Of a stretch of 64,000 nt of DNA, positions 49,213 to 59,567 are shown in pieces. A model generated the notes under the pieces. The model had not been told where the DNA came from, did no database searches, and worked only from the letters and a program-made list of their open reading frames with translations. Numbering within the stretch: the stretch's first letter is position 1; each line of letters starts with the position of its first letter. A program made the translations under genes and the position numbers. This stretch comes from an uncultured Verrucomicrobiae bacterium (GTDB lineage: Bacteria > Verrucomicrobiota > Verrucomicrobiia > Chthoniobacterales > JAFAMB01): NCBI GenBank assembly GCA_963762565.1, contig CAVXLD010000007.1, positions 224,001 through 288,000 on the forward strand. Direction: 5' to 3'.

Positions 49213-49600
49213 ATTCGCCTGGCTCCATACCCCGATACAGAGTTCTACCGCTGCCTCGAGTTCAGCGAGAAGGAAGCAACTGCTGACACCTCAGCAGTTG
49301 CTGGAGAGTATCGAACTGGCGAAACTCTTGCGTTATTACCCAGATGTTCCGGAGTTGGGCATAGAGCCATGCGGAGCTGGCATGGAGTTGAGAGTAGAAA
49401 CTGGCTCAACCAAGGTCCAGGGCTGGCTGCGGGCTATCTTTTGGATACATGAAGAATCGCGCACCATTTACATCGTTGATCTTTTTTGGAAGAAAACCAA
49501 CAGCATATCCAAAGCCGACCGGCTTCGGTCCGAAAACAGGATTCGCATATTACGACGGCAGCTAGCTGAGGGTGTCGATCCGTGGGCGTCAGGGAATTAG
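49209..49600 (+). CDS. RelE/ParE (Gp49-like) toxin-family protein; one missing base near 49280
   Basis: ELRV..LRAIFW..IYIVDLFWKKTN pattern; ATG 49209 joins ORF 49298 if agcaactg is read as agcaaactg. Confidence 0.6.
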
Positions 49601-50125
49601 GTGCGTGATGTCAATCCGAAACGCTTTTGCAAGCTTCTGTAGGGTCTTCTGCTGTGGCAGATGTTGACCCGTTTCAATCACTCCAATGTAGCTCCGCTTG
49701 AGTCCGGAAGCCCGAGCAACAGCTGACTGGGTTTTCAAACCTGCCTTTGCCCGCAGCTGAAAATATTTCTTCAGAAAGCTTTCTATACGCTGCCGTCTTG
49801 TCTGGTTAGCGCTCGAGTAGGCTTTATCGCTGCGATTGAGCTCAGCTTCCCATTCTTCAACCGATTGCGTTGGCAGCTCTAATGGGGCGTTTGCACTGAT
49901 TTCTTCTAAGGTCCGAAGAATGTTAGTTTTCTCATCTTCGTCGGTTTCTCGCTCATACTCGAAGCAAAGGTCAACGATGGCAGCGATACGGTCTTTCTGG
50001 TCATCACTGATTTCTCCCCGCGTCGACGTATCCTCAGCCTGCTGTAGGGCAGCACGTAAACTTCTCTTCTTCTTTAGTACCGCCACGCCGAGGCGTTGTT
50101 CGGCTATGATTTCCAAAATCCCCAT
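49589..50125 (-). CDS. XRE-family HTH protein with a long N-terminal extension
   Basis: LRAKAGLKTQSAVARASGLKRSYIGVIETG..P..KTLQKLAKAF; start uncertain (ATG 50125). Confidence 0.75.
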   Translation of the reverse strand: MGILEIIAEQRLGVAVLKKKRSLRAALQQAEDTSTRGEISDDQKDRIAAIVDLCFEYERETDEDEKTNILRTLEEISANAPLELPTQSVEEWEAELNRSDKAYSSANQTRRQRIESFLKKYFQLRAKAGLKTQSAVARASGLKRSYIGVIETGQHLPQQKTLQKLAKAFRIDITHLIP

Positions 50126-50252
50126 TTCTAGATCAATATGGAGCAAAATAGAGCAATTTCCAGCTTTTGCTACCCGAGACTACGAAACGGGCCAACTCTG
50201 AGGTCGACACATGACCCGAGTAGGTTACGTCTTAAAAAATCTCAAGGGCTAT

Positions 50253-53057
50253 TTACAGCGACCGAACGGCTCGCTCCTGATGAGCTAGAGCAGCCAGGAC
50301 AGCGTCTAGCACGGAGTCCAGGCGTTTCCCCAAATCTGTCGCTAGGAATCGCAGCACAAAGTAATTGCTCTGTTGTAGCAACGCGTCTTTTCGTCGATCA
50401 CGACGGTAGGCTTCTGGGTCGCTCAAGTGCTGGTCACCGTCTAGTTCGATGATTAGGCGTGCATCGGTGCATAGCAGGTCGACTTCCATCCGGCCCCATT
50501 CATCGAAAGGAATCGGTAGTTCAGCGTTCAGTCGGAAGCGGCCACTTGTTTCCGGTAAAGTTTCTAAACGGCGATAGAAGAAAGCCTCGCTTGCGCTCCT
50601 TGCGCGGGCGGCTCCTTCGGTGTCAGGGGAAAACGAACGCGCGGCGTGCAGGAAAAGGTTTCCCAGCGGGAAATCGACGCCATCCCGAACCAGTCGCCGG
50701 ACACTGCCAGCGTAATCGTTCTTCCAAAGCGGGTCAGCGGGCAACGGAACTTCTACCGGCCATCCGGGCACGGCGCTAGCAGGGAGCATTAGCGTGTAGC
50801 CGAGCGCTTCGTATCCGTGGCATCGCCGGTCAAACATCCGCGAAAGCATCGGTACGTTCAGGTCAGCGTAATCATACACTCGGACTTCTCGTTTTCCTTC
50901 GTGAAGGCGGTGAAGCCGGCCGACATACTGTGCGATCGTCCCTTGCCAGGAAACGGGAAGCGTCAGGAATAGAGTATCCAACCGAGGATCATCGAAGCCT
51001 TCGCCAATGTATCTTCCGGTTGCAAGAATTGGACACTTTGTGGACCCTGAAGACTCCGCTAGACGAGCACGAGCCTCGCGTAAGGCTTTCTGGCCAATAC
51101 CCCCATGCAACACGATCATGTCAGAAACCCGTTTCGATAACCTTTTGGCCAATTGGTGTAGATGCTCGACTCGCTCCGTGAGCACCAACGGCGAGCGGCC
51201 TTCACTCAAAGCGATCAATATGTCCGCGCAAATCATGTCGTTTCGGGTGTCGTCGTTTCGTAAAGCCTCGTAAAGCATTTGAAACTGCATACGGGGATCA
51301 TCTTCAGGCGGACTCGTTGAGTGGAATCCTGTGGGTCGAACTATGACTTCGTGTGCGAAAGGGCGGGTCGCCGCTTGGCGTTTCGCGTCCACCGATACCG
51401 CAAAGGTCCGCACTGCATGAAGATGATAGGATGATGGCCGTCCTTACGAGTGGTCGTTGCCGATAGACCGAGGACAAATCGTGCTTTGGCCTTGCGAGCA
51501 ACAAGCTCAAAGCTTCTCGCCGAGAGATGATGGCACTCATCGACTATCACGTGCCCATAGGTCTGGATCCGATCGTCTACAATGCCTTTGCGTATCAAGC
51601 TCTGGATGAGTCCAACATCCAATACGCCGGTAAGTTTTTTCTTCCCACCTCCCAAACGGCCGATCGTCTTAGTCGGTACATCAAGAAAAGCTGAGAGACG
51701 CTCAATCCACTGTTCGAGAAGTTGCTGTCGATGAACCAGAATCAAAGTGTTTACGCGACGCTGAGCAATGAGCCATGCTGCGACGACCGTTTTACCGAAG
51801 GCCGTTGTTGCTGCCAAAACCCCGATATCATGCGATAGAATGGCGCTGGCAGCAGCCTGTTGTTCGGATCGCAGCGTACCGTTGAACGAGATGTCAAGCT
51901 GACTGCCAAGGCAACGCTCGTCTCGACGCATTACCTTGATTTTGAGTCTCTCAAGAAGCTTCTGCACTTCCTCAAGGCACCCTCGGGGCAACGCTATATA
52001 TCGCGGATGCTCCTCCGCGCAGTAGATGACTCGCGGTTTATCATAAGTCGGTAGCCGCATCGACTGTGCCTGGTAGAACTCTGGGTTCTGAAACGCTGCC
52101 AAACGGAGCAGCCGATTATGAAGTGCAGCCGGCAGGTTTTGTCGACCGATATAAACTTGATCGGCGAGTACCAATTCTAAAGTCTCAGGCAGTGGATCCA
52201 GAATAGGTGGTTCATACTGGTACGACGGTTGTGCGTTCCAGGGTTTCTGATCATTCTCGTCGGTTATAGCGAGTCGCACGCCGACCACTCGCCCAGCCTT
52301 TTCTGCTTCGTGGACCAGGGCTTCAATTTGGTACCTGCTGATCCGTGGGACAGACGAAAGGAACGCCCATTGGTCCGCGTAGGCCTTAAATTCGTCATCC
52401 ACAAAAATGGTATTCCCCTGCTGTCGAGGCCGCTTTTGTAACGGCAACGCGATTAAGTTCCCAAATCCGCCTTTTGGCAACGTGTCTTGATTCGGAAAGA
52501 AACGATCGTAGGAATCGAGCCCGAGCTCGGTCGTCGCTCCATTGTTTCGGTCAAAAGGTACGAGCCGACCTTGCGCGCTAGGCTAGCTGGAATCGCTTCC
52601 TGAAAGAAAAGCCAAGTGTGGCCTCCGTTGCCGGAACGTGACCGCTCCAACGCCGGTGAAAGACCAAGTTGATGGCAGACTTCAACAAAAGCAGCAGTGT
52701 CCACCTGCCAGTCTTGCTTGTCGAAATCGATGGCTAGGAAATGACAGGTTCGTCCTGCAGCATCGGGTAAACGCCCATCACGAACTCTTGTCCTCGCTCA
52801 CTCCGGCCAGAAAGATGCCAACGAATTGCTTCGTCGGTTACGGGTAGAAAGCAGCGAAAAGTGCAATTCGTGCATTTAATTCTGGGTTTCTCGCAGACGC
52901 CCGGCACCCACTCATTGCCGCAGGCCGGAGAGTAACCAACCTTCCCGGTCTTACGACTCTGAAATCGAACGGGATAAACATCCGACCTTCCTCGGAACAT
53001 TGATCGAAACAACGCGATCTTGATAGCAGGGGGCGATTCCTGATTGATCATCTCCAT
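50253..53057 (-). pseudogene. AEP primase (TOTE-type) + SF2 helicase + DUF559 nuclease, split by three 1-bp deletions (or sequencing errors)
   Basis: FLAIDFD, RSRSGNGGH, GNLIALPLQ; ATTAFGKT, DECHH, SAT; EVDLL..IELDGDQH..RDRRKD; breaks near 52750, 52529, 51393. Confidence 0.85.
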
Positions 53058-53357
53058 AATTGGATAAGGAGCGCCGGGCGTTTGAACACCGGCTCTGACC
53101 GGAGCTTAAATCCTTGCATCCGTTTAGAGGATGCACAAGTCGCTATTATAACGCATTGATTTTCTGTATGATTCGGTCACACGGTAAATTCATTCTGCCG
53201 CCGCCGAGTCCGGGGACTTACGGTCGGGTCGCACCTCTGGAGATCGCCAAGCGGTTCAAAAAATTCCGCAACAAGGCCACGAAGGTCCTAGTTAGACGAT
53301 TCTTCTTGGTGGCCTTTGCACCCTTGCTATGAAAAGGTGTTCGGACTCAATTCTTTG

Positions 53358-54116
53358 ATGCCCAATTTTGATAAGGTTGCGTTGGTAACCGGCGCGGGAA
53401 GCGGGATCGGACGGGCGGTGGTGATTGCCCTGTTGGGGGCCGGTTACCAGGTGGTGCTTGCCGGCCGACGAAAAGAAGCGCTCGATGAGACGCTGGCTCT
53501 GGCTAAGGCAAATAAGACCAGTTCGCTGGCTGTTCCGACCGATGTGACCGATCCCGCTTCGGTTCGAGATCTGTTTGTGCAGACGGAACAGACATTTGGT
53601 CGATTGGACGTTCTGTTCAATAATGCCGGAGTTGGTATTCCCGCCGCTGAACTTGAGGACGTGACCTATGAGCAGTGGCAACGGGTGGTTCAGACTAACC
53701 TAAGCGGACCGTTTCTTTGCACCCAGGAAGCGTTTCGGCTGATGAAACGACAAGTGCCCCAAGGCGGCCGCATCATCAACAATGGTTCGATTTCGGCGCA
53801 TGCACCTCGTCCGAATTCGGCGCCCTACACAGCAACCAAACATGCGATAACCGGGCTGACCAAGTCGAGCTCGCTCGACGGCCGGAAGTACAACATTGCC
53901 TGCGGCCAGATCGATATCGGAAACGCAGCGACAGACATGGCAATGAAGATAGGGCAAGGTGCGGTTCAAGCCGATGGATCGGTTCGGGCCGAACCTTTGA
54001 TGGATGTCTCGGCGGTGGCGGACGCCGTACTTTACATGGCAAGTTTACCACTCGATGCCAACGTTCAGTTCATGACAGTGATGGCGACAAGAATGCCATT
54101 TATTGGACGAGGCTAA
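53358..54116 (+). CDS. Short-chain dehydrogenase/reductase
   Basis: [17 protein letters not shown]. Confidence 0.92.
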   Translation: MPNFDKVALVTGAGSGIGRAVVIALLGAGYQVVLAGRRKEALDETLALAKANKTSSLAVPTDVTDPASVRDLFVQTEQTFGRLDVLFNNAGVGIPAAELEDVTYEQWQRVVQTNLSGPFLCTQEAFRLMKRQVPQGGRIINNGSISAHAPRPNSAPYTATKHAITGLTKSSSLDGRKYNIACGQIDIGNAATDMAMKIGQGAVQADGSVRAEPLMDVSAVADAVLYMASLPLDANVQFMTVMATRMPFIGRG

Positions 54117-54203
54117 GGGGGCTTTGCCAGTAGACTCGCCCGGCTCACAAGGCGTCTTCGTTCTCGTCCTGCAAAGGAACATGAGGGCGCATGCCCAACG
54201 CCC

Positions 54204-54409
54204 GGAGGGGAGCCGCTTTATCAGTAGGCAGCTCTATGATGTGGCAGCAAGCGGCTCCCGAGAACGGCCTCAGGATTATGCAGCTCTATTGCCAAGGGTA
54301 TCGGTCAGCTTGGGACAGAGCCGCAGGGCAAAAATTTACGCTGGGTTATTCCCGGGAGCCGCCTGCTGCCAACCGATAGAGCTGCCACGCTACAAAGCGG
54401 CTCCCCTCC
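54204..54409. mobile_element. Family G inverted doublet
   Basis: ggaggggagccgcttt/aaagcggctcccctcc plus inner IRs ggcagctctat/atagagctgcc and gcggctcccg/cgggagccgc. Confidence 0.75.
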
Positions 54410-54446
54410 AAGCGGGCGCGTGGCGCCCACTTTCTTTCAATTCGCC

Positions 54447-54557
54447 CTTTAAATAGACGCGGAAGCGTCTATTTAAAGGTTATAGCCCGCAATCAGCCGG
54501 TTGTTGTGGCGGGCGCGGTTTTAGGGTACGCCAAAACAACCGGCTGATTGCGGGCTA
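54447..54557. repeat. Two adjacent perfect hairpins upstream of the AKR gene
   Basis: cctttaaatagacgc-ggaa-gcgtctatttaaagg; tagcccgcaatcagccggttgtt ... aacaaccggctgattgcgggcta. Confidence 0.7.
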
Positions 54558-54563
54558 GTTCTT

Positions 54564-55562
54564 ATGAGATATCGAACGCTTGGAAATTCAGGAATTGAAG
54601 CATCAGTGGTCGGTTTCGGGGCATGGGCGCTAGGAGGCTGGATGTGGGGAGGAACTGACCAGAACGATCCAGTGGGAGCGATCCATGCCGCGATCGATCA
54701 TGGCATTAATCTGATCGACACGGCGCCAATGTATGGTTATGGCCATTCAGAAAGCGTGGTGGGAGAAGCGATCAAGGACCGGCGTGACCACGTGGTTTTG
54801 GCTACTAAGTGCGGCTTAAATTGGTGGAGCGAAGAGGGAGACAAATTCTTCGAAGGCGATGAGCACGGGCGTGCTCAAGATGAAGTGAAGTATAACGTCT
54901 ACAAGAACCTTCGGCCGAAAGAGATCCGGTACGAGGTTGAACAGAGCCTGAAGCGATTACAGACGGATCGGATCGATCTTTATCAGACCCATTGGCAAGA
55001 CCCGAGTACGGCGACCGAGGACGCCATGGCGGAACTGGTGCGGCTAAAGGAAGAAGGCAAGATCCGGGCGATTGGATGTTCGAATGCAACACCCGAACAG
55101 ATGCGGCGTTATCTGTCTGTCGGCCAATTGGACACCGATCAGGAACAGTATTCCATGCTACAGCGGCAACATGAGCCGACCAACTTGGCGTTCTGTGCAG
55201 AAAACAATATCGCGTTTCTGGCTTACTCACCGTTGGCGCTGGGAATCCTGAGCGGGAAAATCGATGCCAATCGTCAATTCAATCGAGGTGATGTGCGTTT
55301 GGCCAACCCCTGGTACCAACCGGAGAACCGCCCGAAGGTTGATCAATTGTTAAAAGAGATACAAGCTGTCGCCGACGAAAAAGGAGCGACAATTTCTCAG
55401 GTCGTAATCGCCTGGACTGTATCGCAGCCTGGATGCACACACGCTCTGGTAGGGGCGCGTACCGCCGACCAAGCGATCGCGAATGCCAAAGCCGGCCAAA
55501 TCGAGTTAACGCCGGCGAACCTGAAGGCGTTGAGAAACGCGGTTGAGGCGCTGGAGGCGTGA
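54564..55562 (+). CDS. Aldo/keto reductase
   Basis: GFGAW, IDTAPMYG, LATKCG, IDLYQTHW, AYSPL. Confidence 0.92.
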   Translation: MRYRTLGNSGIEASVVGFGAWALGGWMWGGTDQNDPVGAIHAAIDHGINLIDTAPMYGYGHSESVVGEAIKDRRDHVVLATKCGLNWWSEEGDKFFEGDEHGRAQDEVKYNVYKNLRPKEIRYEVEQSLKRLQTDRIDLYQTHWQDPSTATEDAMAELVRLKEEGKIRAIGCSNATPEQMRRYLSVGQLDTDQEQYSMLQRQHEPTNLAFCAENNIAFLAYSPLALGILSGKIDANRQFNRGDVRLANPWYQPENRPKVDQLLKEIQAVADEKGATISQVVIAWTVSQPGCTHALVGARTADQAIANAKAGQIELTPANLKALRNAVEALEA

Positions 55563-55582
55563 GAGGTGAAAGGTGACGCGAC

Positions 55583-55928
55583 CGTGGAGCGCGCCTTGCT
55601 TGCAAGGCCGAAAGCGGTTGGCACCGTGGAGCGTTGCCTCGCTTCCGCCTTCGCCAAGCCTACGGCGCGACAGGTGCGAGGCCGTGGTGCGCGTCAACAT
55701 AAGCGGTCGGGGAGCCCCCTGACGGGGAGGGCGCGCGTCCCCGCGCGCTGCGAAAGCGTTCTCGAAGCCAACGGTGTATTTATCGTCCTTGATTAGGGTA
55801 CGCTGTGGGCTTCGCGAACGGCGGATCGCGAGGACGCGATCCCTCCCAGCTGTGCACGCGCTGCTCACCACGGCCTCGCACCTGTCGGGCCGTAGGCTTG
55901 GCGAAGGCGCAAGCGAGGCAGCGCTCCA
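55583..55928. mobile_element. Composite: family A doublet with a 31-nt insert in both arms, enclosing a family B element (55725-55847)
   Basis: Read directly; see findings. Confidence 0.8.
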
Positions 55929-55977
55929 GGGGTGCCCCTCCTAGATTCTAGCTCCTAGCTCCTGTATTCTGTTTCGC

Positions 55978-56979
55978 ATGTCTCTTCCGATCATTGGCAT
56001 TACCATGGGCGATCCAGCGGGGGTCGGGCCGGAGGTAATTATCAAAGCCTTGGCCCATGATAGCCAGTATGAAATATGCCTGCCGCTGGTGATCGGAGAC
56101 GCTAAGCGTTTGGCGCTTGCCGCCGGGATCGTGAAGTCATCGAAACCCATCCGCTCCATTTCCGGATTGGAAGAAGCGAGATTTCATCATTCGGAAATCG
56201 AGTGTCTCGACTTGAGTCTGGTTCCGGAGAGAACGTCCTTTGGCCAGTTATCCGCGGCCTGCGGGGAAGCAGCGTTTCGTTTTCTGGAGAGAGCGATCAA
56301 ACTGGCATTGGAAGGCGGCATTGATGCCATCTGCACGGCGCCATTGAATAAAGAAGCGCTCCATCTAGCCGGGCATTATTATCCCGGACATACCGAGATT
56401 TTGGCGGAGCTCACCCGGACCCAAGAAGTGTCTTTAATGTTAGTGGGTCCAAAGCTCAAAATCATCCATGTCACCGCGCACGTTGGTCTAGCAGAGGCGA
56501 TTCGCCGGATCGACACGGGGTTAGTGGAACGGACGATCACGCGAGGTCGTGAAATGTTGTTAAGTGACGGCGAGCCACGCATCGGTGTTTGCGGGATCAA
56601 TCCGCATGCAGGCGAGAACGGGATTTTCGGTGAAGGCGAGGAGGAAGAGAAGATCGTCCCAGCGGTCGAGAGCTGCAGGAAAAAGGGGTGGTTAGTACAG
56701 GGGCCGCTTCCGGCCGATACGCTTTTCTATTTAGCGGCGTCCGGGCGCTTTGATTTGGTTGTGGCGATGTATCACGATCAAGGTCACGGCCCCTTTAAGG
56801 TGTTGGGTATAGAAGATGGGGTTAACGTGACGGCCGGTTTACCAATCGTGCGTACTTCGGTTGATCACGGTACCGCGTTTGATATCGCCGGGACGGGTAA
56901 GGCGGATGAGGGGAGTATGTTAGCCGCTCTGAAGTTAGCGGCAGAGTTGGTGAAGGGGAAAGTGAGAAGTGAGAAGTGA
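55978..56979 (+). CDS. pdxA: PdxA-family dehydrogenase (possibly PdxA2 type)
   Basis: ITMGDPAGVGPE, TAPLNK, GHTE, NPHAGE, MYHDQG, RTSVDHGTAFDIAG. Confidence 0.88.
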   Translation: MSLPIIGITMGDPAGVGPEVIIKALAHDSQYEICLPLVIGDAKRLALAAGIVKSSKPIRSISGLEEARFHHSEIECLDLSLVPERTSFGQLSAACGEAAFRFLERAIKLALEGGIDAICTAPLNKEALHLAGHYYPGHTEILAELTRTQEVSLMLVGPKLKIIHVTAHVGLAEAIRRIDTGLVERTITRGREMLLSDGEPRIGVCGINPHAGENGIFGEGEEEEKIVPAVESCRKKGWLVQGPLPADTLFYLAASGRFDLVVAMYHDQGHGPFKVLGIEDGVNVTAGLPIVRTSVDHGTAFDIAGTGKADEGSMLAALKLAAELVKGKVRSEK

Positions 56980-57012
56980 TTGGTGAGAGGTGAGAGGTGG
57001 GCGGTCGGAGAC

Positions 57013-57347
57013 CGTGGAGCGCTGCCTCGCTTGCGAGGCCGTGGTGAGCGGGGCGAGATTGTTATGCACGTTCTTTTGTCTAACTGCGCTCTGTAGGGAC
57101 TCGATCGGGGATTGGGAGCGCAATTCAATCGTGTAAGCCCGACGGCCCCACAAAATGTCGGGTGCGTCTAGGGTGATCAACGATAGAGCCGGCACTAAGA
57201 AAGGCCTCACGCGAACGATATCTCCCTGTTTACCACGGCCTCGCAAGCGAGGCAGCGCTCCACGGTGCCGACCGCTACGGCCTCGCAAGCGAGGCAACGC
57301 TCCACGGTGCCGACCGCTACGGCCTCGCAAGCGAGGCAACGCTCCAC
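57013..57347. mobile_element. Family A doublet with 3 tandem right arms
   Basis: + arm 57013-57045; three - arms 57232-57347. Confidence 0.8.
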
Positions 57348-57363
57348 TTAATCATCCCTGCCG

Positions 57364-57394
57364 ATAGCCGTTCAAGCCTTGAAAATAGCCGTTC
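57364..57394 (+). promoter_or_regulatory. Putative LytTR binding site (direct repeat)
   Basis: ATAGCCGTTC-N11-ATAGCCGTTC just upstream of the LytS/LytTR pair. Confidence 0.5.
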
Positions 57395-57445
57395 CTTTAT
57401 CTTTTATCAGAATGAAGGTGCTTTCGGCGGGATCATTGGGCAAGG

Positions 57446-58627
57446 TTGTTGAACTCGATAACAATAGCGGAAGTGGATCTGAACAAGCCAGATGTTCGCA
57501 CCCCAAGGCCGAGCGTTCTTTGGATCGTTTTCGGCCATAGGACCTACTGGTTTGGGCAGCTGGCGGCGTGGTCTGGGATTTGGCTGTTGTTTTGCGCGAT
57601 CTTCGTCTCCGCGTTATCCGATATCAGGACGACCTTTTTTCTGGTCGATCAGGCTTTTTTCTGTGTTCTAGGTTTGGTCGCGACCCATTTACTGCGGGCG
57701 ATTTTCTTCTTCCTGCATTGGGATCGTCTGGGGGTGGTTTCTCAGTTGCCCCGGTTGCTTATGGTGATCTTTGTACTGAGCGCCGGTGAGTCATGGACGT
57801 TCACTTCGTTCCGGCCGCCGCTTCATCACGAAGTGTCGGCTCGAATCGTTCCTCACCCGCAACCGCTAGGCTCGAGAATGCGCCGGAGTGAAAATGCCGA
57901 GACTCCATTTCCTGTGATGGCCAGGTTCTCATTCGAGTTCGCGAAGACCCTGCTGACCCTGTTTGCCTGGGCCGCCATCTATTTTGGTTACCGGTTACAA
58001 CAAATGCTGAAGACGGCGCAGCTCGACCGGCTGCGTTTGGATGCCGCGGTTAAAGAGTCCGAGTTAAAGGCGTTACGCAGTCAGGTAAATCCCCATTTTC
58101 TCTTTAACAGCTTGAATACGATCCGGGCACTGATCGATGAGGACCGGCTCAAGGCGCGGGAGGGGATTACTCGATTGGCGGAATTGTTTCGTGCCTCTTT
58201 GCGGAGCTCTGAGGTGGACACGGTATCGCTCCGGACGGAACTGCAGACGGTGAACGCCTATCTGGCGCTGGAAAAATTGCGATTCGAAGATCGTTTACAA
58301 ATAAACATGGACATCGATCCGAAAGCCACGGACATGTCGATCCCGCCGTTCGTGTTGCAGACGTTGATTGAGAACGCTTTCAAACACGGGATTTACCCCC
58401 AATCAGCGGGCGGAGTTATTACTTGTGTGATTCGCTCAACTCCCGCCGGAATGAACGTTTCGGTGACTAATCCGGGCAGGTTGCCATCGGAGGAAAAGTA
58501 CAGGGAAAGCGGGATCGCGAATGCGCGAGGCAGACTTAAACTGATTTATGGCGCCAATGCGACACTGGACATCTTCCAGGATGAACCAAAATTGGTGACG
58601 GTTAAGATGTTTCTACCCCAGACGTGA
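57446..58627 (+). CDS. LytS-type sensor histidine kinase (start uncertain)
   Basis: TM region; ELKALRSQVNPHFLFNSLN; LQTLIENAFKHG. Confidence 0.9.
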   Translation: MLNSITIAEVDLNKPDVRTPRPSVLWIVFGHRTYWFGQLAAWSGIWLLFCAIFVSALSDIRTTFFLVDQAFFCVLGLVATHLLRAIFFFLHWDRLGVVSQLPRLLMVIFVLSAGESWTFTSFRPPLHHEVSARIVPHPQPLGSRMRRSENAETPFPVMARFSFEFAKTLLTLFAWAAIYFGYRLQQMLKTAQLDRLRLDAAVKESELKALRSQVNPHFLFNSLNTIRALIDEDRLKAREGITRLAELFRASLRSSEVDTVSLRTELQTVNAYLALEKLRFEDRLQINMDIDPKATDMSIPPFVLQTLIENAFKHGIYPQSAGGVITCVIRSTPAGMNVSVTNPGRLPSEEKYRESGIANARGRLKLIYGANATLDIFQDEPKLVTVKMFLPQT

Positions 58628-58633
58628 GTAATT

Positions 58634-59344
58634 ATGAAGGCGCTGATAATTGATGATGAACGACTGGCGCGGGCGGAAGTCCGGCGCCTCTTGGCCGATT
58701 TTACCTGGGTAAAAGTTGTGGGTGAAGCGGAGAACGCGGAGCAAGCGCTGGCGTTAATTCAGTCACAGCAGCCGGATCTGCTGTTTTTGGATGTCCAAAT
58801 GCCGGGTAAAACCGGGTTCGACTTAATCGAGGAGATACGCGGAGATCTGCCCCGGATTATCTTCACCACTGCGTATGACGAGTTCGCCTTGAGAGCGTTC
58901 GAGGTGAATGCGCTCGATTACCTAATGAAACCGATTACCCCGGACCGTTTTGCCGCGGCGTTAGCTCGAGCGCGCGAGGAACCGCTCGGACCGGCGAACC
59001 AATCTCCATTGCGCTCTTCTGATCAGGTGTTCGTCCGCGATGGGGAGCGTTGCTGGTTTATTCCGGTCAGCAAGATCCGTCTGTTAGAATCAGAAGGTAA
59101 CTACACGCGGGTCCGATTCGAGAACCAGTCGCCCCTGATCTATCGGTCGCTCAGCACGCTCGAGCAACGCTTACCCGCCGACGATTTCTTCCGGATTAAC
59201 CGGCAACAGGTTGCTAACTTACACTTCATCGAAAAAATCGAGACCTGGTTCAGCCATGGTTTGAAGATTTGGCTGAAAGGCGGCGAGGAGTGCGAAGTGT
59301 CGCGAAGGGCGGCTAGGGCGTTCCGGCAGAAGCTTAGCCTTTAG
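58634..59344 (+). CDS. LytTR family response regulator
   Basis: IIDDE, LDVQMP, FTTAY, DYLMKP; FFRINR, VSRR. Confidence 0.93.
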   Translation: MKALIIDDERLARAEVRRLLADFTWVKVVGEAENAEQALALIQSQQPDLLFLDVQMPGKTGFDLIEEIRGDLPRIIFTTAYDEFALRAFEVNALDYLMKPITPDRFAAALARAREEPLGPANQSPLRSSDQVFVRDGERCWFIPVSKIRLLESEGNYTRVRFENQSPLIYRSLSTLEQRLPADDFFRINRQQVANLHFIEKIETWFSHGLKIWLKGGEECEVSRRAARAFRQKLSL

Positions 59345-59567
59345 GGAAGCGTGGGCGATTAGTGGAGCCCGGCGTTATTCTAGGTCGGACGGCGGAAGCG
59401 AGTTTTCAGAATGGGGTATCCACTTTCCGATTTTTTTTGACGGTATGTACGTGGAAACTCCGGAGAAGTTTCGCGCAGAGCATATTCCGCTATTGATCCA
59501 CATCGTTCTGTGGGCTTAGAGTCAGGTTAGCTTTTAATAACGCTAGGTTGTTCATCCCCCGGCAGCC

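Noticed and set aside
51380..52760. Programmed ribosomal frameshifting in the primase-helicase gene
   Set aside because: No slippery heptamers; three separate 1-bp losses are better explained by error or decay
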